Source: Clostridiaceae bacterium
GTDB lineage: Bacteria > Bacillota > Clostridia > Saccharofermentanales > DTU023
NCBI GenBank assembly: GCA_012511185.1
Contig: JAAZGN010000043.1
Span: 1 to 28,409, forward strand
Reading direction: 5' to 3'
Length of the DNA: 28,409 bases
Part shown: in pieces, positions 27,114 to 28,409 of the stretch
Position numbering within the stretch: the stretch's first letter is position 1
Layout of the letters: the number at the start of each line of letters is the position of its first letter
Translations under genes and position numbers: made by a program
The notes under the pieces: generated by a model
What the model saw: only the letters and a program-made list of their open reading frames with translations
What the model was told of the DNA's origin: nothing
The model's database searches: none

Positions 27114-28409
27114 CAAGGCGGAAGCCACATGGCTTGAAAACAAGATTGCGGTCCTGCCCGGTATCTCGGAAAAAAGACAGAAAATGTTCGCCAAGCTGGG
27201 TGTAGAAACCCTCCGTGACCTGCTCTGGCTGCTGCCGCGGTCCTATGAAGATTGGCAGGCGCGGGTTCCGGTAAGCGATCTGCAAGACGGCACCGTGTCC
27301 GCTTTCGAGGCTGCCGTTGAAAACATGCCCTCCATGACCCGGCGAGGCAAGCTGACTTACACGCGCGCCCGCCTTACGGACGAAAGCGGCTCCATCCAGG
27401 CTGTCTGGTTCAACCAACCCTGGCTTGCCGACCGGATCCGGCGCGGCAACAGCTATCTCTTCCGCGGCAGGATCGAGGGGAGTGGACGGGGGCATAAGGT
27501 GCTCAACCCCGACTGCCGGCCCCTGGACACAGGAGGACCGGCTGATTTTCTACCCGTCTATCCGCTGACCGCCGGTCTTTACCAGGGAAATATCCGGCAG
27601 GCGGTCCAGGCCGTGTTTGACAAGAGTGATTTCCTGGCGGAGGAAACGCTGCCTCAGGAGGTACGCACGGAGGCCAGGCTGGCAACGGCAGACTTCGCGA
27701 TACGCCGCATTCATTTCCCCTCAAGCCGGCGGGACATCGAGCTGGCGCGAAGGCGGCTGGCCTTTGAGGAGCTTTTCCTGGTTATGGCGGGCCTGCGCGC
27801 GCTGAAGTCGGGCAGGCACCGGCAAAGGGGTCCCGTTATGGAAGCCGGCCAGGAAACGGAAGACTGGCTTGCGGGCCTGATCGCGGCGCTTCCCTTTCAA
27901 CTCACGGCATCCCAGCGGACCGCGCTCCAAACCATCCTGGAGGATTTTCGAAAAAATGAACCCGCCAACCGGCTCATTCAAGGCGACGTCGGTTCGGGCA
28001 AGACGGTGGTTGCCGCCTTGGCCATGGCGGCCTCCTGCCGGGAGGGCCATCAGTCGGTCATGATGGCGCCTACGACTATCCTGGCCGGACAGCATGCGGA
28101 AACGGTATCAAAATTGCTGGCGGGGAGCGGACTGGAAATCGCGCTTTTGACCGGGGCGACAACGGTGGCCAAAAGGAGGTCACTGCTCGCCGGGCTCAGG
28201 GACGGTTCCATCGACATCCTGATCGGAACCCACGCCGTCCTGGAGGCGGATCTTGTCTTCTCCAGTCTTGCTTGCTGCGTGACCGATGAGCAGCACCGCT
28301 TTGGTGTCAGACAGCGCGTATCGCTGTCAGGAAGGGGTGACCTGATCCCTCATGTGCTCGTCATGTCGGCGACTCCCATACCCAGGACCCTGGCCATGAT
28401 CCTCTACGG
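27106..28409 (+). CDS. recG: ATP-dependent DNA helicase RecG (3' end outside window; absent from the ORF track)
   Basis: GTG at 27106 follows GGAGG and overlaps the nth stop. Open frame to the window end with LPRSYED, VWFNQP, RRLAFEELF, LIQGDVGSGKT, MAPTTILAGQH, GTHA, DEQHRFGV and MSATPIPRTLA. Confidence 0.96.
   Translation, partial: MSDKAEATWLENKIAVLPGISEKRQKMFAKLGVETLRDLLWLLPRSYEDWQARVPVSDLQDGTVSAFEAAVENMPSMTRRGKLTYTRARLTDESGSIQAVWFNQPWLADRIRRGNSYLFRGRIEGSGRGHKVLNPDCRPLDTGGPADFLPVYPLTAGLYQGNIRQAVQAVFDKSDFLAEETLPQEVRTEARLATADFAIRRIHFPSSRRDIELARRRLAFEELFLVMAGLRALKSGRHRQRGPVMEAGQETEDWLAGLIAALPFQLTASQRTALQTILEDFRKNEPANRLIQGDVGSGKTVVAALAMAASCREGHQSVMMAPTTILAGQHAETVSKLLAGSGLEIALLTGATTVAKRRSLLAGLRDGSIDILIGTHAVLEADLVFSSLACCVTDEQHRFGVRQRVSLSGRGDLIPHVLVMSATPIPRTLAMILY

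Noticed and set aside
1-28409. CRISPR arrays, IS elements, prophage, integrase, tRNA/rRNA or riboswitch
   Set aside because: No spaced repeats, terminal inverted repeats or transposase/integrase motifs were seen, and all intergenic gaps are under 200 bp with no recognisable RNA family.

Overview
A 28.4-kb, GC-rich core-genome window. Every supported gene is on the + strand. The gene content (ylxR, DUF1290/sbp, PASTA-containing PBP, AGGAGG ribosome sites, sigma-A-type promoters) suggests a Bacillota/Clostridia bacterium; this is an inference. There are three blocks. (1) A translation operon: 'nusA-ylxR-infB-rbfA-nrnA-truB-ribF, extended by lgt and rodA and closed by an intrinsic terminator. 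(2) A slimmed dcw cluster: mraZ-rsmH-ftsL-pbp-murF-mraY-ftsW-murG-ftsQ-sbp-ftsZ. It has MraZ-type GTGG repeats over its promoter and a separate promoter for ftsZ, and lacks murE, murD and ftsA. (3) nrdR, an OmpR-family regulator, a histidine kinase, an HtrA-like protein, nth and recG'. I found no mobile element, CRISPR array or RNA gene. The most notable observations are these. The only class B PBP is interrupted by two in-frame TAG codons 30 nt apart, one at the conserved Glu of its GLE motif (recoding, pseudogene or sequence error). The HtrA-like protein next to the two-component system lacks the catalytic His and Ser, so it is a probable pseudoprotease. FtsZ carries two copies of the C-terminal LPxFLR anchor motif at a locus with no ftsA. 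ftsZ joins nrdR directly, where spore-forming clostridia usually carry spoIIGA-sigE-sigG. I cannot show a new system from this window alone; the pseudo-HtrA plus two-component module and the double-amber PBP are the best leads.
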